The notes: generated from the sequence alone by a model not told the origin. A DNA stretch of 64,000 nt from Candidatus Campbellbacteria bacterium GW2011_OD1_34_28 (GCA_001029775.1 CP011215.1:682303-746302); one strand, 5' to 3'. Counted from the stretch's first letter, positions 47,734 to 58,951 are shown. Made by a program: numbers and translations.

Positions 47734-49320
47734 TTATTTATTGCTCTCAATATCAGCCACAATCTCATCAATTGCCATGCGAAGCTCTTGTTGTCTTTTT
47801 ACAATTCGACCAATTTCGACATTAAGCTCGGTGATATTTACAACCTCGCGAGTATTTTCAGCCACGACATAGCTCAATACGGCGATATTGTAGTCATTCT
47901 CAGCGACAACTTTATTATCTACAAGCTTGGCAAAATACTCTGCATCTTTACGTTCAATAAAAGCGTTGAGAATTTTTTTGCGACTTGCTTCACTCAACTT
48001 ATTTTTATTACCACCACGAACAAATTCAGCGGAGGCATCAATGAAGAGAGTTTTGTTATCTTTCTTACTCTTCTTGAGTACGATGATACAGGTGGCGATA
48101 GTTGTACCGAAGAATAGATCGGGTGGTAATTGAATAACTGCATCAACGTAATTGTTATCTATGAGGTACTTGCGTATCTTCTGTTCTGCGCCGCCACGGT
48201 ATAGAACCCCTGGAAATTCGACAATAGCCGCCGTACCACTCGTAGAGAGCCACGCGAGCATGTGCATAGTAAACGCTAGATCCGCCTTACTCTTTGGTGC
48301 TAATACTCCAGCTGGTGAAAAACGTGGATCATTAATAAGAAGAGGGTTTGCGTCACCATCCCACTTAATCGAATATGGTGGATTCGAAACAATGGCATCG
48401 AAAGGTTCGTCGTCCCAATGTTTTGGATCAGTAAGTGTGTTGCCGTGAGCAATATCAAAATTATTGTAATTAACATCGTGCAAGAACATGTTGATACGGC
48501 AAAGGTTGTAAGTAGTAAGGTTAATTTCTTGTCCATAAAAACCTTGTCGAACATTTTCCTTACCTAGCACTTTTGCAAATTTGAGAAGAAGAGAACCAGA
48601 ACCACAAGCTGGGTCGTAAACCTTGTTCACTTCCTTCTTCCCTACGGTAGTGATTTCTGCCAGAAGTTCACTGACTTCTTGTGGGGTGTAAAATTCCCCA
48701 CCAGACTTACCGGCATTTGAAGCATACATGGTCATCAAAAACTCGTAAGCGTCACCGAAAGCATCTATGGTATTGTCGGAGTAATTGCCAAGACGTAGGT
48801 CACCAATAGCTTCAATAATTTTAGTCAGTTTTTGATTGCGTTGCTCTACTGTATTACCTAATTTATTAGAATTAACATCAAGATCAGCAAATAAACCCTT
48901 GAGGTCATCTTCACTATTTGCGCCTTTTGCAGAACTTTCAATATCACGGAAAGTTTTAACCAGCGTTTCGTTGAGGTTTGAATCATTACGCGCTTTCTTG
49001 CAAACATTTACAAAAAGTTCACTTGGCAAAATATAAAATCCTTTTTCTTTTACCGTATCAGCTCTACCAAATTCAGCTTCTTTATTGGAAAGCGAAGCAT
49101 AGTCAAAATCTTTTTTACCAGCACGACGTTCGTCAGCGTTAATATAGTTGGTCAAATTTTCGCTAATGAAACGATAAAAGAGCATGCCTAGTACATATTG
49201 TTTAAAATCCCAACCATCAACACTTCCTCGTAAGTCATTGGCGATCTGCCAAATAGCACGATGCAATTCTGAGCGTTCTTGCTCTTTGGTAGTATTTAAA
49301 TTTAATTCTTTGTTGCTCAT
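47734..49320 (-). CDS. hsdM: type I restriction-modification methyltransferase subunit
   Basis: HsdM N-terminal domain; motif I DPACGSGSLLL; motif IV NPPY (IVSNPPYS). Confidence 0.9.
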   Translation of the reverse strand: MSNKELNLNTTKEQERSELHRAIWQIANDLRGSVDGWDFKQYVLGMLFYRFISENLTNYINADERRAGKKDFDYASLSNKEAEFGRADTVKEKGFYILPSELFVNVCKKARNDSNLNETLVKTFRDIESSAKGANSEDDLKGLFADLDVNSNKLGNTVEQRNQKLTKIIEAIGDLRLGNYSDNTIDAFGDAYEFLMTMYASNAGKSGGEFYTPQEVSELLAEITTVGKKEVNKVYDPACGSGSLLLKFAKVLGKENVRQGFYGQEINLTTYNLCRINMFLHDVNYNNFDIAHGNTLTDPKHWDDEPFDAIVSNPPYSIKWDGDANPLLINDPRFSPAGVLAPKSKADLAFTMHMLAWLSTSGTAAIVEFPGVLYRGGAEQKIRKYLIDNNYVDAVIQLPPDLFFGTTIATCIIVLKKSKKDNKTLFIDASAEFVRGGNKNKLSEASRKKILNAFIERKDAEYFAKLVDNKVVAENDYNIAVLSYVVAENTREVVNITELNVEIGRIVKRQQELRMAIDEIVADIESNK

Positions 49321-49323
49321 AAA

Positions 49324-49530
49324 TTATTTTAATAATTCGTTAGTCGAAACACCTAACGCCTGGGCCAGGTTAGTAATAGTTGCGAGAGTTGGATTTGTCT
49401 TCGCATTCTCTAGATTACTAACAAAAGAACGATCGACGCCTAATTTCTTAGCAATCTCGACTTGAGTGATATTTTTCTTGATTCTGATTCGCTTGAGATT
49501 TTGTCCAAGCTTTTTAACATCGTCAGTCAT
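49324..49530 (-). CDS. XRE-family HTH regulator (controller-like) upstream of the R-M operon
   Basis: LKRIRIKKNITQVEIAKKLGVDRSFVSNLENAK HTH; 3-nt gap to hsdM. Confidence 0.6.
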   Translation of the reverse strand: MTDDVKKLGQNLKRIRIKKNITQVEIAKKLGVDRSFVSNLENAKTNPTLATITNLAQALGVSTNELLK

Positions 49531-49680
49531 AAAAGTATTATAGCACATTCTGTTGTAGTATAAAACAACAAAAAACACTCCTTGTTCAAGAGTATTTTTT
49601 GTTCTGAATACTGCTCTCAGCAGGTATGCAATTTAGGTATAGATCTTCCTGATTAGCTCTATCTTTGAGCTAGCTCAAGT

Positions 49681-49754
49681 TGGCTGCGGGACTAGGACTC
49701 GAACCTAGATAGGCGGTACCAGAAACCGCAGTCCTACCATTAGACGATCCCGCA
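49681..49754 (-). tRNA. tRNA-Gln (anticodon CUG), CCA encoded
   Basis: Cloverleaf by hand: U1-A72, G73 discriminator (GlnRS identity), anticodon loop UUCUGGU, T-loop UUCGAGU. Its 3' half is repeated at 32090. Confidence 0.85.
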
Positions 49755-49884
49755 ATTGACACCTTATAAGATAACATGAAAACAGCTATTTTGTTAATCA
49801 CCCATGTAAAATTTGCTATTTAAAAAAATATTGTTATTATGCAAATAGGAACAGTAAAAAATAAAAAAATAAAAGAGAGAGAAA

Positions 49885-50121
49885 ATGAAAGAGACAACCA
49901 AGAAAATAATTTATCTTATAATAACATTATCTATTATGTCTGTCGGATGTTTTACAAAAATGACGAAAGGTTTGGAAATGCCCATCGAAGAAAACAGAGC
50001 TTTGGTCATCATGACGATAGTGAGCGCTCTTTTGTCAGCCATCTGGCTAACAGAAATTTCACTTTTACTCAAAGAAAAACTTTTTCCCCCAAAAAATGAG
50101 GAGACAAAAGAAAAGATTTAA
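49885..50121 (+). CDS. small two-TM membrane protein
   Basis: Hydrophobic 78-aa ORF followed by a terminator. Confidence 0.3.
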   Translation: MKETTKKIIYLIITLSIMSVGCFTKMTKGLEMPIEENRALVIMTIVSALLSAIWLTEISLLLKEKLFPPKNEETKEKI

Positions 50122-50139
50122 ACATTTATATCTCTTAAA

Positions 50140-50175
50140 TTCAAAAGGCGCTCAAATGAGCGCCTTATTTTTTAT
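50140..50175. terminator. bidirectional terminator (ggcgctca-aa-tgagcgcc)
   Basis: Hairpin flanked by A-run and T-run between convergent genes. Confidence 0.6.
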
Positions 50176-51099
50176 TTATACTTTTAGATATTTTCTTACT
50201 GCAAGATAACTAGAGACAACACCTAAGAAAATTCCAGAACCCAAGATTATCAAAGAAATACTCCAGAAATTTCCAAGATAATGACTAAACATATTTAAAC
50301 CAAATAATTTTTCAGAAAATGAACCCAAATAATAAGTTACGGGCAAAAAGACAAACAAAGTAAGTAAAGCTGAAATCGCTCCATAAATCATACCTTCAAC
50401 AACGAAAGGCCCTCTGACATATTTATTACTTGCCCCTACCAATCGCATAACCGCAATTTCTTCTTTTGAAATATAAATTGTAAGACGAATGGTATTAAAG
50501 GTTATTATTATAGACATAATCACTAACAACAAAGTAACAATAAGACCTATTCTTTCTGTAGCACTAATAATCTTTGAAAGACGGTCAATAACTATTTTAT
50601 TTTGATTATAGTTAACCTTATCTATAATATCCGTACCTTCTGACGATAAGGCATTATCACTCTCTAGAAACTTTGCAATAAATTCATATTGTTGAGTTTC
50701 TTTTGCTTGAATATTCAAAGCGGGTCCCAGAGGGTTGTTTCCCAACTCTTCTAGTGCTTGGAGCGTCAATTGGTCATCGCCGTGTCGTAATTTGAAATTT
50801 TCCAATGCTTGTTCGCTAGAAATATATTCCACAGAACCAACTTCGGAAAGACCTTCCAAAGATTGCTTGATAGCTAAAACATCTTCTTCAACCGCTGTTG
50901 TGGAAAAATAAACGTTGATATCTACCTTGCTCTTTATCTGAGTCAAAACAGATTCCAAAAGTGCATTACTGAAAATAAGAGTACCGAAAACAAACAATGT
51001 GATAGACATAACCAAAATAGAAGAAAGAGAAACAACTCTACTTCTCCACAAATTGACGATTGCTGATTTTGTTATTCTTTTTATATTTACAATTAACAT
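50176..51099 (-). CDS. ftsX: cell division permease FtsX
   Basis: N-terminal TM, periplasmic domain, three C-terminal TM helices; immediately downstream of ftsE. Confidence 0.8.
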   Translation of the reverse strand: MLIVNIKRITKSAIVNLWRSRVVSLSSILVMSITLFVFGTLIFSNALLESVLTQIKSKVDINVYFSTTAVEEDVLAIKQSLEGLSEVGSVEYISSEQALENFKLRHGDDQLTLQALEELGNNPLGPALNIQAKETQQYEFIAKFLESDNALSSEGTDIIDKVNYNQNKIVIDRLSKIISATERIGLIVTLLLVIMSIIITFNTIRLTIYISKEEIAVMRLVGASNKYVRGPFVVEGMIYGAISALLTLFVFLPVTYYLGSFSEKLFGLNMFSHYLGNFWSISLIILGSGIFLGVVSSYLAVRKYLKV

Positions 51100-51105
51100 A
51101 ATTTT

Positions 51106-51786
51106 TTACAAAGAAAATTTACCCGTTTTATCATCTCTCACAACTTTTCCTTTATCCATTGTGATGACTCTTTTACCAATAGAATCTATTATACCTTTAT
51201 TGTGAGTCGTCAAAATAACAGTTGTCCCCAACTCGTTTATCTTTCTTAATATCTGGACAATTTCAAATGTATTTATAGGATCAAGATTTCCTGTTGGCTC
51301 GTCGGCAATAATAACATCGGGCTGATTTACAATTGCACGAGCAATCGCCAATCTTTGTTTTTCTCCACCAGATAATTCATGAGGGAAATTCCAAGCCTTG
51401 TCGCCCAAATCAACCAGTTCTAAAACGTGCGGAACATCTGATGCGATGTCTTCATCACTTCTTCCCGCAGCTTCCATTGCAAAAGCAACATTTTCATAAG
51501 CTGTCTTATGAGGTAGCAATCTAAAATCTTGAAAAATTGTTCCAATCTTTCTTCTAAAAGAATTCTTATCATCCTTTCTTAATTCGTGAATATTTTCTGA
51601 ACCAAAATATATACATCCCTCAGTTGGGTGTTCTTCTGCCAAAAGCATTTTCAAAAGAGTTGTTTTACCCGCCCCTGAATGGCCAACAATAGAAACAAAC
51701 TCTCTTGGTTCAATAGTTATGGTGACGGCATCAACCACCTTGTCTCCGTTTTTATATGTTTTTGAAACTTTATCGAAATAAATCAT
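51106..51786 (-). CDS. ftsE: cell division ATP-binding protein FtsE
   Basis: Walker A GHSGAGKTT, signature LSGGEKQR, Walker B IIADEPT. Confidence 0.9.
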   Translation of the reverse strand: MIYFDKVSKTYKNGDKVVDAVTITIEPREFVSIVGHSGAGKTTLLKMLLAEEHPTEGCIYFGSENIHELRKDDKNSFRRKIGTIFQDFRLLPHKTAYENVAFAMEAAGRSDEDIASDVPHVLELVDLGDKAWNFPHELSGGEKQRLAIARAIVNQPDVIIADEPTGNLDPINTFEIVQILRKINELGTTVILTTHNKGIIDSIGKRVITMDKGKVVRDDKTGKFSL

Positions 51787-52019
51787 AGCAAAATTTTATT
51801 ATAAAATTTTGAGTAATAAGGCGTAAGGATTAAGTAGTAAGAAATAAAAAATTTATTTACTTATTACTTACCACTTATTACTCCGCACTTCTACTATTAT
51901 ACTCTACTCCGTATAATTTTCAATTTATATTTTATGTTGACAATGCGGGGCTATTACAATAGTATGATTTCAGAAATTTAGGTTCTCAATAAACAACAAA
52001 TATACTCTGAGGAAAACAA

Positions 52020-52457
52020 ATGAATGCTTTGACACTATCTATTATTGCGTCTCTTGGTTATGGAATATGTGCCCCTTTTGCCAAAATGGCATTTAAAAAC
52101 GGGATGCATGCCAATGGATTTTCTCTTCTTTACGGATTGATTTTGGTGGCAATTTCTTTGCCGACCATTTATTCCGGCGGGATAAGAATGCTTTTTCCAA
52201 GCAACCCAGCATTGTGGTACGGAATTATTTCTACGATAATCTGCGCGGTAGGATTCAAGGCACAAACCGATGCTTCGGCAATGCCAACATCTTTGCTCGC
52301 TCTGGTATCAATAATTGCGGCAACATATCCATTAGTGTCGGCAACGATACTTTTGCCATTTATGGGAGAGGCAAGCAAAATAATTGTCCCGAAATTTCTT
52401 GCGGGGTCAGTCCTGATTATCGCTGGTGGTTATCTGGTAAGCACCAGCATAAAATAA
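52020..52457 (+). CDS. small multi-TM membrane protein (EamA/DMT half-transporter-like)
   Basis: Four hydrophobic helices. Confidence 0.3.
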   Translation: MNALTLSIIASLGYGICAPFAKMAFKNGMHANGFSLLYGLILVAISLPTIYSGGIRMLFPSNPALWYGIISTIICAVGFKAQTDASAMPTSLLALVSIIAATYPLVSATILLPFMGEASKIIVPKFLAGSVLIIAGGYLVSTSIK

Positions 52458-52515
52458 AACAATGCCAGAAGAAAGAAATAGACAGACGTTTCAAAAAATA
52501 ACTATTTTCTAGCAA

Positions 52516-52782
52516 GTGAGGCACGAGATGAACACTTTGTTTATGATCAGAAACAGGAAAAGAGACGGTAAGTATTTTATTTATGTCATTGCAATTATTG
52601 GTGCGATTACAGGAGTCTTGCTGTTTACCCCGCCAGGATTAATTATTTTGTCACTGACCATGACAACACTGTCTATTGTTGTCCCGACATGGCCTTCAAT
52701 GATTACAATATTAGTAACCTATGTGGGGATTGCGACAACAGCAACAGTAATTGCATTAATCTTGGTTAGAAAATGGATATGA
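52516..52782 (+). CDS. small membrane protein
   Basis: Hydrophobic 88 aa followed by a terminator. Confidence 0.3.
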   Translation: MRHEMNTLFMIRNRKRDGKYFIYVIAIIGAITGVLLFTPPGLIILSLTMTTLSIVVPTWPSMITILVTYVGIATTATVIALILVRKWI

Positions 52783-52905
52783 TCATCGCTCAACGCAAAA
52801 CAAAAAATCGCGTTGAGCGATTTTTTTATTTTTATAGTTTTGTTAAATAAATATTTATATTCATTTAACAAAACTATTCAAGTATTCAATTGAATATAAG
52901 AAATA

Positions 52906-53793
52906 CTATAATCCCTTCTCTGCTTCAACGAATTCATCTATTTCTCCATCTTCCAATACTTTATCAACATCTCTAATCTCTACACCGGTTCTGTGATCTT
53001 TTACCTGTTTATAAGGATGCAATACATAGGAACGGATTTGACTTCCCCACTCATTTTCTGTCGTCGCACTGATTTGCATACCCTTCTCTTGTTTCAGTCT
53101 GTCTTCTTCTTGCTTTTTGATCAATTTTGCCTCTATCATAGCAATTGCTCTTTCTCGGTTTTGCGCTTGGGATCTTTCCGATTCTACATGGACGGCAATA
53201 TTTGTTGGAATGTGAACCACTCTGACAGCCGTTTCTCTCTTGTTTACATTCTGTCCTCCGGGGCCCGATGATTTCGCAAATTCTATTTTCAAATCTTCCT
53301 CTGGAATATTTATCTCACCCGCTTTTTCCAACTTAGGAATTACCTCTACCATAGAAAAAGAAGTGTGTCTTTTCTGTTGTGCGTTGAAAGGAGAAATTCG
53401 TACGAGTCTATGTACCCCCGATTCATTTTTTAATTTTCCATATGCTCCGTTACCAACAATCTCAAAAGTAATATTTCTATAACCACCGTGATCATTTTCA
53501 TTTGAATGAATTAAAAAAGTTTCCCAATTTTTATTTTGAGAAAATTTTAAATACATATTATATAAAATTCTAGAAAAATCTTCTGAGTCATCTCCACCTG
53601 CTCCTGACAAAATAGTTACAACTGCATTTCCTTTATCATATTTTCCCACCCCCTCTAATTCATCTTTCAATTGATTAAATTCTTTTATAACAATCTGTGC
53701 AGTTTCTTTGTCGTTCCAAAAATCAGCACGGCCCATTTGTTTTTCAAGTGCTTCTATTTTTTTTAATATTTCATTTTTTTTATCCGTACTCAT
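52906..53793 (-). CDS. prfB: peptide chain release factor 2 (short form, no frameshift site)
   Basis: SPF tripeptide, GGQ motif (SGPGGQNVNK), RF2 C-terminal blocks. Only 295 aa; start overlaps the upstream ORF stop (TAATG). Confidence 0.85.
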   Translation of the reverse strand: MSTDKKNEILKKIEALEKQMGRADFWNDKETAQIVIKEFNQLKDELEGVGKYDKGNAVVTILSGAGGDDSEDFSRILYNMYLKFSQNKNWETFLIHSNENDHGGYRNITFEIVGNGAYGKLKNESGVHRLVRISPFNAQQKRHTSFSMVEVIPKLEKAGEINIPEEDLKIEFAKSSGPGGQNVNKRETAVRVVHIPTNIAVHVESERSQAQNRERAIAMIEAKLIKKQEEDRLKQEKGMQISATTENEWGSQIRSYVLHPYKQVKDHRTGVEIRDVDKVLEDGEIDEFVEAEKGL

Positions 53794-53794
53794 T

Positions 53795-54049
53795 TTAAAC
53801 TAATGTAAAAGAATAGATTGCCAGCAAAAGTGCTGTGGTAAAAAATATTGCACCAACAAAACATTTTGATCTGAAAGGACTTGCCTTCAAACCAACGGAA
53901 CAGGTATCACATCTTTTTACCAAAACTTGATAAAATTGGTACCAAGCATAAATAGTACCCAAAGTTAAAACCCCTATTAAAATTTCTAGTGATGTTATTA
54001 ATTCCATGTCTATAAGTATAAAATAAAAGACATTTTGCCTAAAGGACAC
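53795..54049 (-). CDS. small membrane protein
   Basis: Hydrophobic 84 aa; stop overlaps the prfB start. Confidence 0.3.
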   Translation of the reverse strand: MSFRQNVFYFILIDMELITSLEILIGVLTLGTIYAWYQFYQVLVKRCDTCSVGLKASPFRSKCFVGAIFFTTALLLAIYSFTLV

Positions 54050-54160
54050 CTAAAGGACAAAACTGGGGATAACCTATTGACTTTTATACAAAAGTGCTAT
54101 AATTAGAATAGAAAAAGTTTAATTTGTCAATAATCACTTACTTTTAAAAAGGAGATTGTC

Positions 54161-54367
54161 ATGACAGCGATAAGAGAGTTGGCACTAAATGTGCTGTATG
54201 AAAGTCCCATCTTTGCAAAGATGGACGAACAAGAACAGGAGAGAGCGGTAGTTCACTTCATCGTACAGGCAACAGGGAGTGACGCTCAAAGAGATTTTTT
54301 GGCTCGTAAAGAAAAAGAAGATGCTTCCAACATCGCTTCGAGATTTTTTTCTAGATTTTCTCAGTAA
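54161..54367 (+). CDS. small hypothetical protein
   Basis: AAGGAG 7 nt upstream of the ATG. Confidence 0.3.
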   Translation: MTAIRELALNVLYESPIFAKMDEQEQERAVVHFIVQATGSDAQRDFLARKEKEDASNIASRFFSRFSQ

Positions 54368-54443
54368 ACTGAAAAGAAGGAGTGGCAATGACACCAAGAC
54401 GAAATTAAGACCTCGCACACACCAAGTGTTGCGAGGTCTATTC

Positions 54444-55745
54444 TTATTTTTTATTATTTCCGAGAATCTTCTCCCCTATTTTATAAACATCGCCAGCCCC
54501 CATTGTGAGGATAACATCTTCTTGTCCAAAAATATCCGAGTTAAACTCGTTTAACATTTTTTCATATTCTATATAATAAGTTTCTCTATTATTTTTCTTT
54601 ATCTTGCTTGCAAGTATTTTAGAATTTATTTCTTTATCCTCTTCTTCTCTGGCTGCATAAATTGGCAAAACAATTACACGATCAACATCATTAAAACTTT
54701 TTGCAAAATCTTCTAAAAAGATTTTTGTCCTACTATATAGATGTGGTTGAAATATAACAGTAATCTTTTTATCTTTAAAAAATTCCCGTGCACCCTTCAA
54801 TGTTACTTGCACTTCTGTCGGGTTATGAGCATAGTCATCGTAAATCAAAGCACCTTTTTTTGTCTTGCCTTTTAATTCAAATCTTCTCCATGTACCTTCA
54901 AAATTGTTTAAAGATTTTATTGCATCACTGTGATTTATACCTAAAATATTTGCTACAGCTAAACAAGCGAAAGCATTTTTTATATTGTGTTCTCCTGGTA
55001 TTTTCAAATTTAAACCAATTGCTCCTTGTGTAGTATAATCGACGACTTTTGAAACAGCTTTGACCAAAGCAGGGGCAACTCTCTTGTCGTTTGGATCGCA
55101 AACTATATAATCCTTTTCACCCATTTTTGCTATCAATTCTTTAAAAGCTTTTTGAATATCAAAAATATTTTTGAAATAATCCAAATGATCCAAATCTATA
55201 TTTGTAATCACCAGAATATTTGGTTTTAGTTCTAAAAATGATCTTTTGTATTCGCACGCCTCTGTTACAAAGTATTTGCTATTTCCGTGTATAAAATTTG
55301 TCTTTTCTTTTTTTAAGAGACTTCCAACAATAACAGTTGGATCAAAATATGAGTGTCGCAAGACATCTGCCAACATTGCGGTGGTGGTTGTTTTCCCATG
55401 TGTCCCAGATACAGCAATCGTATATTTATTTTCTGAAACATCTCCTAGAGAGCGAGGATAAGATATTGCAGGAATTCCAATTTTTTTTGCCTTTAACAAT
55501 TCGGAATTATCTTTTGGAACAGCTGGAGAAAAAATAACTAGATCGGTGCCATATTCTATATTTTCTCCATCATGATGAAATTTTATTACGGCTCCTAATT
55601 TTTTTAATTCAGATGTAATCTCTGATTCTGCCAAGTTTGAGCCAGTAACCTTTTTCCCTTCTTTCAAAGCCATTCTTGCCATAGCAGAAACACCGATACC
55701 TCCAATACCGATAAAGTGTATTTTTCTGGCATTCTTGAATTTCAT
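54444..55745 (-). CDS. murC: UDP-N-acetylmuramate--L-alanine ligase
   Basis: N-terminal GIGGIGVSAMAR; Mur ligase P-loop AVSGTHGKTTTT. Confidence 0.9.
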   Translation of the reverse strand: MKFKNARKIHFIGIGGIGVSAMARMALKEGKKVTGSNLAESEITSELKKLGAVIKFHHDGENIEYGTDLVIFSPAVPKDNSELLKAKKIGIPAISYPRSLGDVSENKYTIAVSGTHGKTTTTAMLADVLRHSYFDPTVIVGSLLKKEKTNFIHGNSKYFVTEACEYKRSFLELKPNILVITNIDLDHLDYFKNIFDIQKAFKELIAKMGEKDYIVCDPNDKRVAPALVKAVSKVVDYTTQGAIGLNLKIPGEHNIKNAFACLAVANILGINHSDAIKSLNNFEGTWRRFELKGKTKKGALIYDDYAHNPTEVQVTLKGAREFFKDKKITVIFQPHLYSRTKIFLEDFAKSFNDVDRVIVLPIYAAREEEDKEINSKILASKIKKNNRETYYIEYEKMLNEFNSDIFGQEDVILTMGAGDVYKIGEKILGNNKK

Positions 55746-55883
55746 CCCGTTAGAAGTAGCGAAGCTACTTCTAACGGGACAAGTCCCTAAAAAGTAACTG
55801 CTAATTTAATTTAATAATCTATTTTCCCGCTATCTCTAACGGGATTCATGGTGCGAATATTATAGCACAAGCTTGTGAGTAAT

Positions 55884-55911
55884 AAGTAGTAAGGTGTAAG
55901 GTGTAAGGAGT
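55884..55911. repeat. 7-bp periodic repeat (GTAAGGN)x4
   Basis: gtaaggtgtaaggtgtaaggagtaaggg. Confidence 0.6.
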
Positions 55912-55967
55912 AAGGGGTGAGCAAAAACAATGAAAACCAAAGATATCGCTTTGGTTTTGGTTTTTTG

Positions 55968-56041
55968 TGCGAATGCCAGGACTCGAACCTGGGACCTCGT
56001 CATTATCAGTGACGCGCTCTAACCACCTGAGCTACACTCGC
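55968..56041 (-). tRNA. tRNA-Ile (anticodon GAU); CCA not encoded
   Basis: GCGAGUG acceptor, D-loop AGGUGGUUA, anticodon loop CUGAUAA, T-loop UUCGAGU. Confidence 0.85.
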
Positions 56042-56084
56042 ATTTATATTTGATTTTACCACGAACTCTATATGACGAGGTCCC

Positions 56085-56152
56085 GAGTCATTATTAGGTG
56101 AGACAGTCTGGGAGACTGTCGAACCGCTCTAACCACCTGAGCTACACTCGCA
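56085..56152 (-). pseudogene. degenerate partial duplicate of tRNA-Ile (identical first 27 nt, disrupted anticodon and T arms)
   Basis: GCGAGUGUAGCUCAGGUGGUUAGAGCG identical to the tRNA-Ile 5' end, followed by an extra hairpin and an anticodon-loop remnant CUAAUAAUGAC; no T-arm. Confidence 0.4.
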
Positions 56153-56227
56153 TTTATGAGTAGAAGAATACCAAAATATTCGCTCTGTTGCAATAAAAAA
56201 CTCCCGTCATTGCTGACGGGAGAATAT

Positions 56228-56806
56228 TCAATTTTTGAGAAAATTTTCCAGAGGTTTTGCCTCTTCCGGAATATCCAGACCAGAACGAATCTGATCTAGA
56301 CAATAAAATAAAAATTCCAGAGCTTGTCCATGTTTTTTGAGCAAGCGATTTTTCTTTAAAAAGGTTCTAAGAATTTCTTCGGAAACCATATCTGCAGACT
56401 TTAATGTCTTGCAGGGACGAGGATTCCCCTCTTCCAGTTTCGCAAGATAAAAATTTGCTAAATGCTTTCCCTCTTCAGATTCAGACTCTGCCGTAAAAAA
56501 TGGGAAATCGCTTAACCTCTCAAAGGAAATTCCGCACACCTCCGAGAGTATTTTTATCCCTGATAAACGAGAATTTTTTTCAATATCATCTGAAGAGTCG
56601 ATTGACCCCCCAGGAAATTTTACAAAAAAGTTTTCCCAACGAGCACCCCCCTCTTTTTTATTTGGGTCCTCCATCACCACGAGAATATCTATTCCGTGTT
56701 TTTTATTTTTTTGTAAGATTATGCCGAAGCCGGCATAACTTGTTCTGCCGGTCTCCTTTACTCTTACTTCGGCTTCCATATGACCCCCTAGTATATTTAG
56801 GTACAC
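56228..56806 (-). CDS. hypothetical protein lying between the 16S rRNA and the tRNA-Ile gene
   Basis: 192-aa ORF. A weak Nudix-like GGSIDSSDDIEK stretch does not align properly to the Nudix box. Confidence 0.35.
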   Translation of the reverse strand: MYLNILGGHMEAEVRVKETGRTSYAGFGIILQKNKKHGIDILVVMEDPNKKEGGARWENFFVKFPGGSIDSSDDIEKNSRLSGIKILSEVCGISFERLSDFPFFTAESESEEGKHLANFYLAKLEEGNPRPCKTLKSADMVSEEILRTFLKKNRLLKKHGQALEFLFYCLDQIRSGLDIPEEAKPLENFLKN

Positions 56807-57065
56807 AAAATGAACATTACTTCAATCCAGATAATAACTTAATTGACTAAACGTGTCAATAACAAAAAACTACCTCTCGGTAGTTTTATTTTTTTTGCAT
56901 TTAAACGACAATATAATCTTTCTTTTGTTTCGTTTCATTCCCCAGTAACGCATATCTGGGGTTAGCGAGTATAGATTTAGGGATACAATACTATTGTCCC
57001 TATCACTTAAGAAGTGATAATCAACCGATTAAGTCTGTTTTCTCGTAAGAAAACAAACAGTTCAT

Positions 57066-58640
<1,575 letters not shown>

Positions 58641-58951
58641 AGTTTCCTAGTATACAGAATAAATCTGTTTAGAAAAAATTGAAATGAAACGAAACAAGAG
58701 AAAAATTACATCTTATTTCGTTTTTGGACTTGTCATTCTAAATGCATGATTTTGAATTTTTCTATAAATTCAAACTCTTATTCAATTATCAAAGTACGCT
58801 CTCTGAAGCCCAGAGCAAGACAGTCACTATTATATACATATCTAAAAAAAAGGCAAGCTTCTTTTTTAAATTCTAAATTTTAAATTTTTAATTTTTAAAA
58901 ATGACCTAAAAACAACGACTTTAAGCCAAAAAACCAATTTTTTAATCTTGG

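Larger units (their letters stand above)
32087..49754. mobile_element. ~17.7-kb genomic island integrated at tRNA-Gln (prophage/satellite remnant + CBASS-like module + type I R-M)
   Basis: Bounded by the tRNA-Gln gene and a 39-bp direct repeat of its 3' end; GC content visibly higher than flanks; contains repressor, terminase, recombinase, methylase and R-M genes. Confidence 0.7.

Noticed and set aside
47734-47771. Longer start (MMRLW...) for the embedded gene, overlapping the hsdM end
   Set aside because: The internal ATG at 47729 gives a 4-nt intergenic gap typical of coupled genes. The longer start would overlap the hsdM stop by 38 nt. Both are possible, so the feature is reported from the internal start with low confidence.
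32087-49754. Tyrosine integrase for the tRNA-inserted island
   Set aside because: No ORF in the island shows the R...HxxR...Y integrase motifs. The only recombinase is a large serine recombinase at 40555-41874.
56228-56806. Nudix hydrolase call for the ORF between the 16S and tRNA-Ile
   Set aside because: The GGSIDSSDDIEK stretch cannot be aligned to the Gx5Ex7REUxEExGU Nudix box without breaking the invariant Arg/Glu positions.
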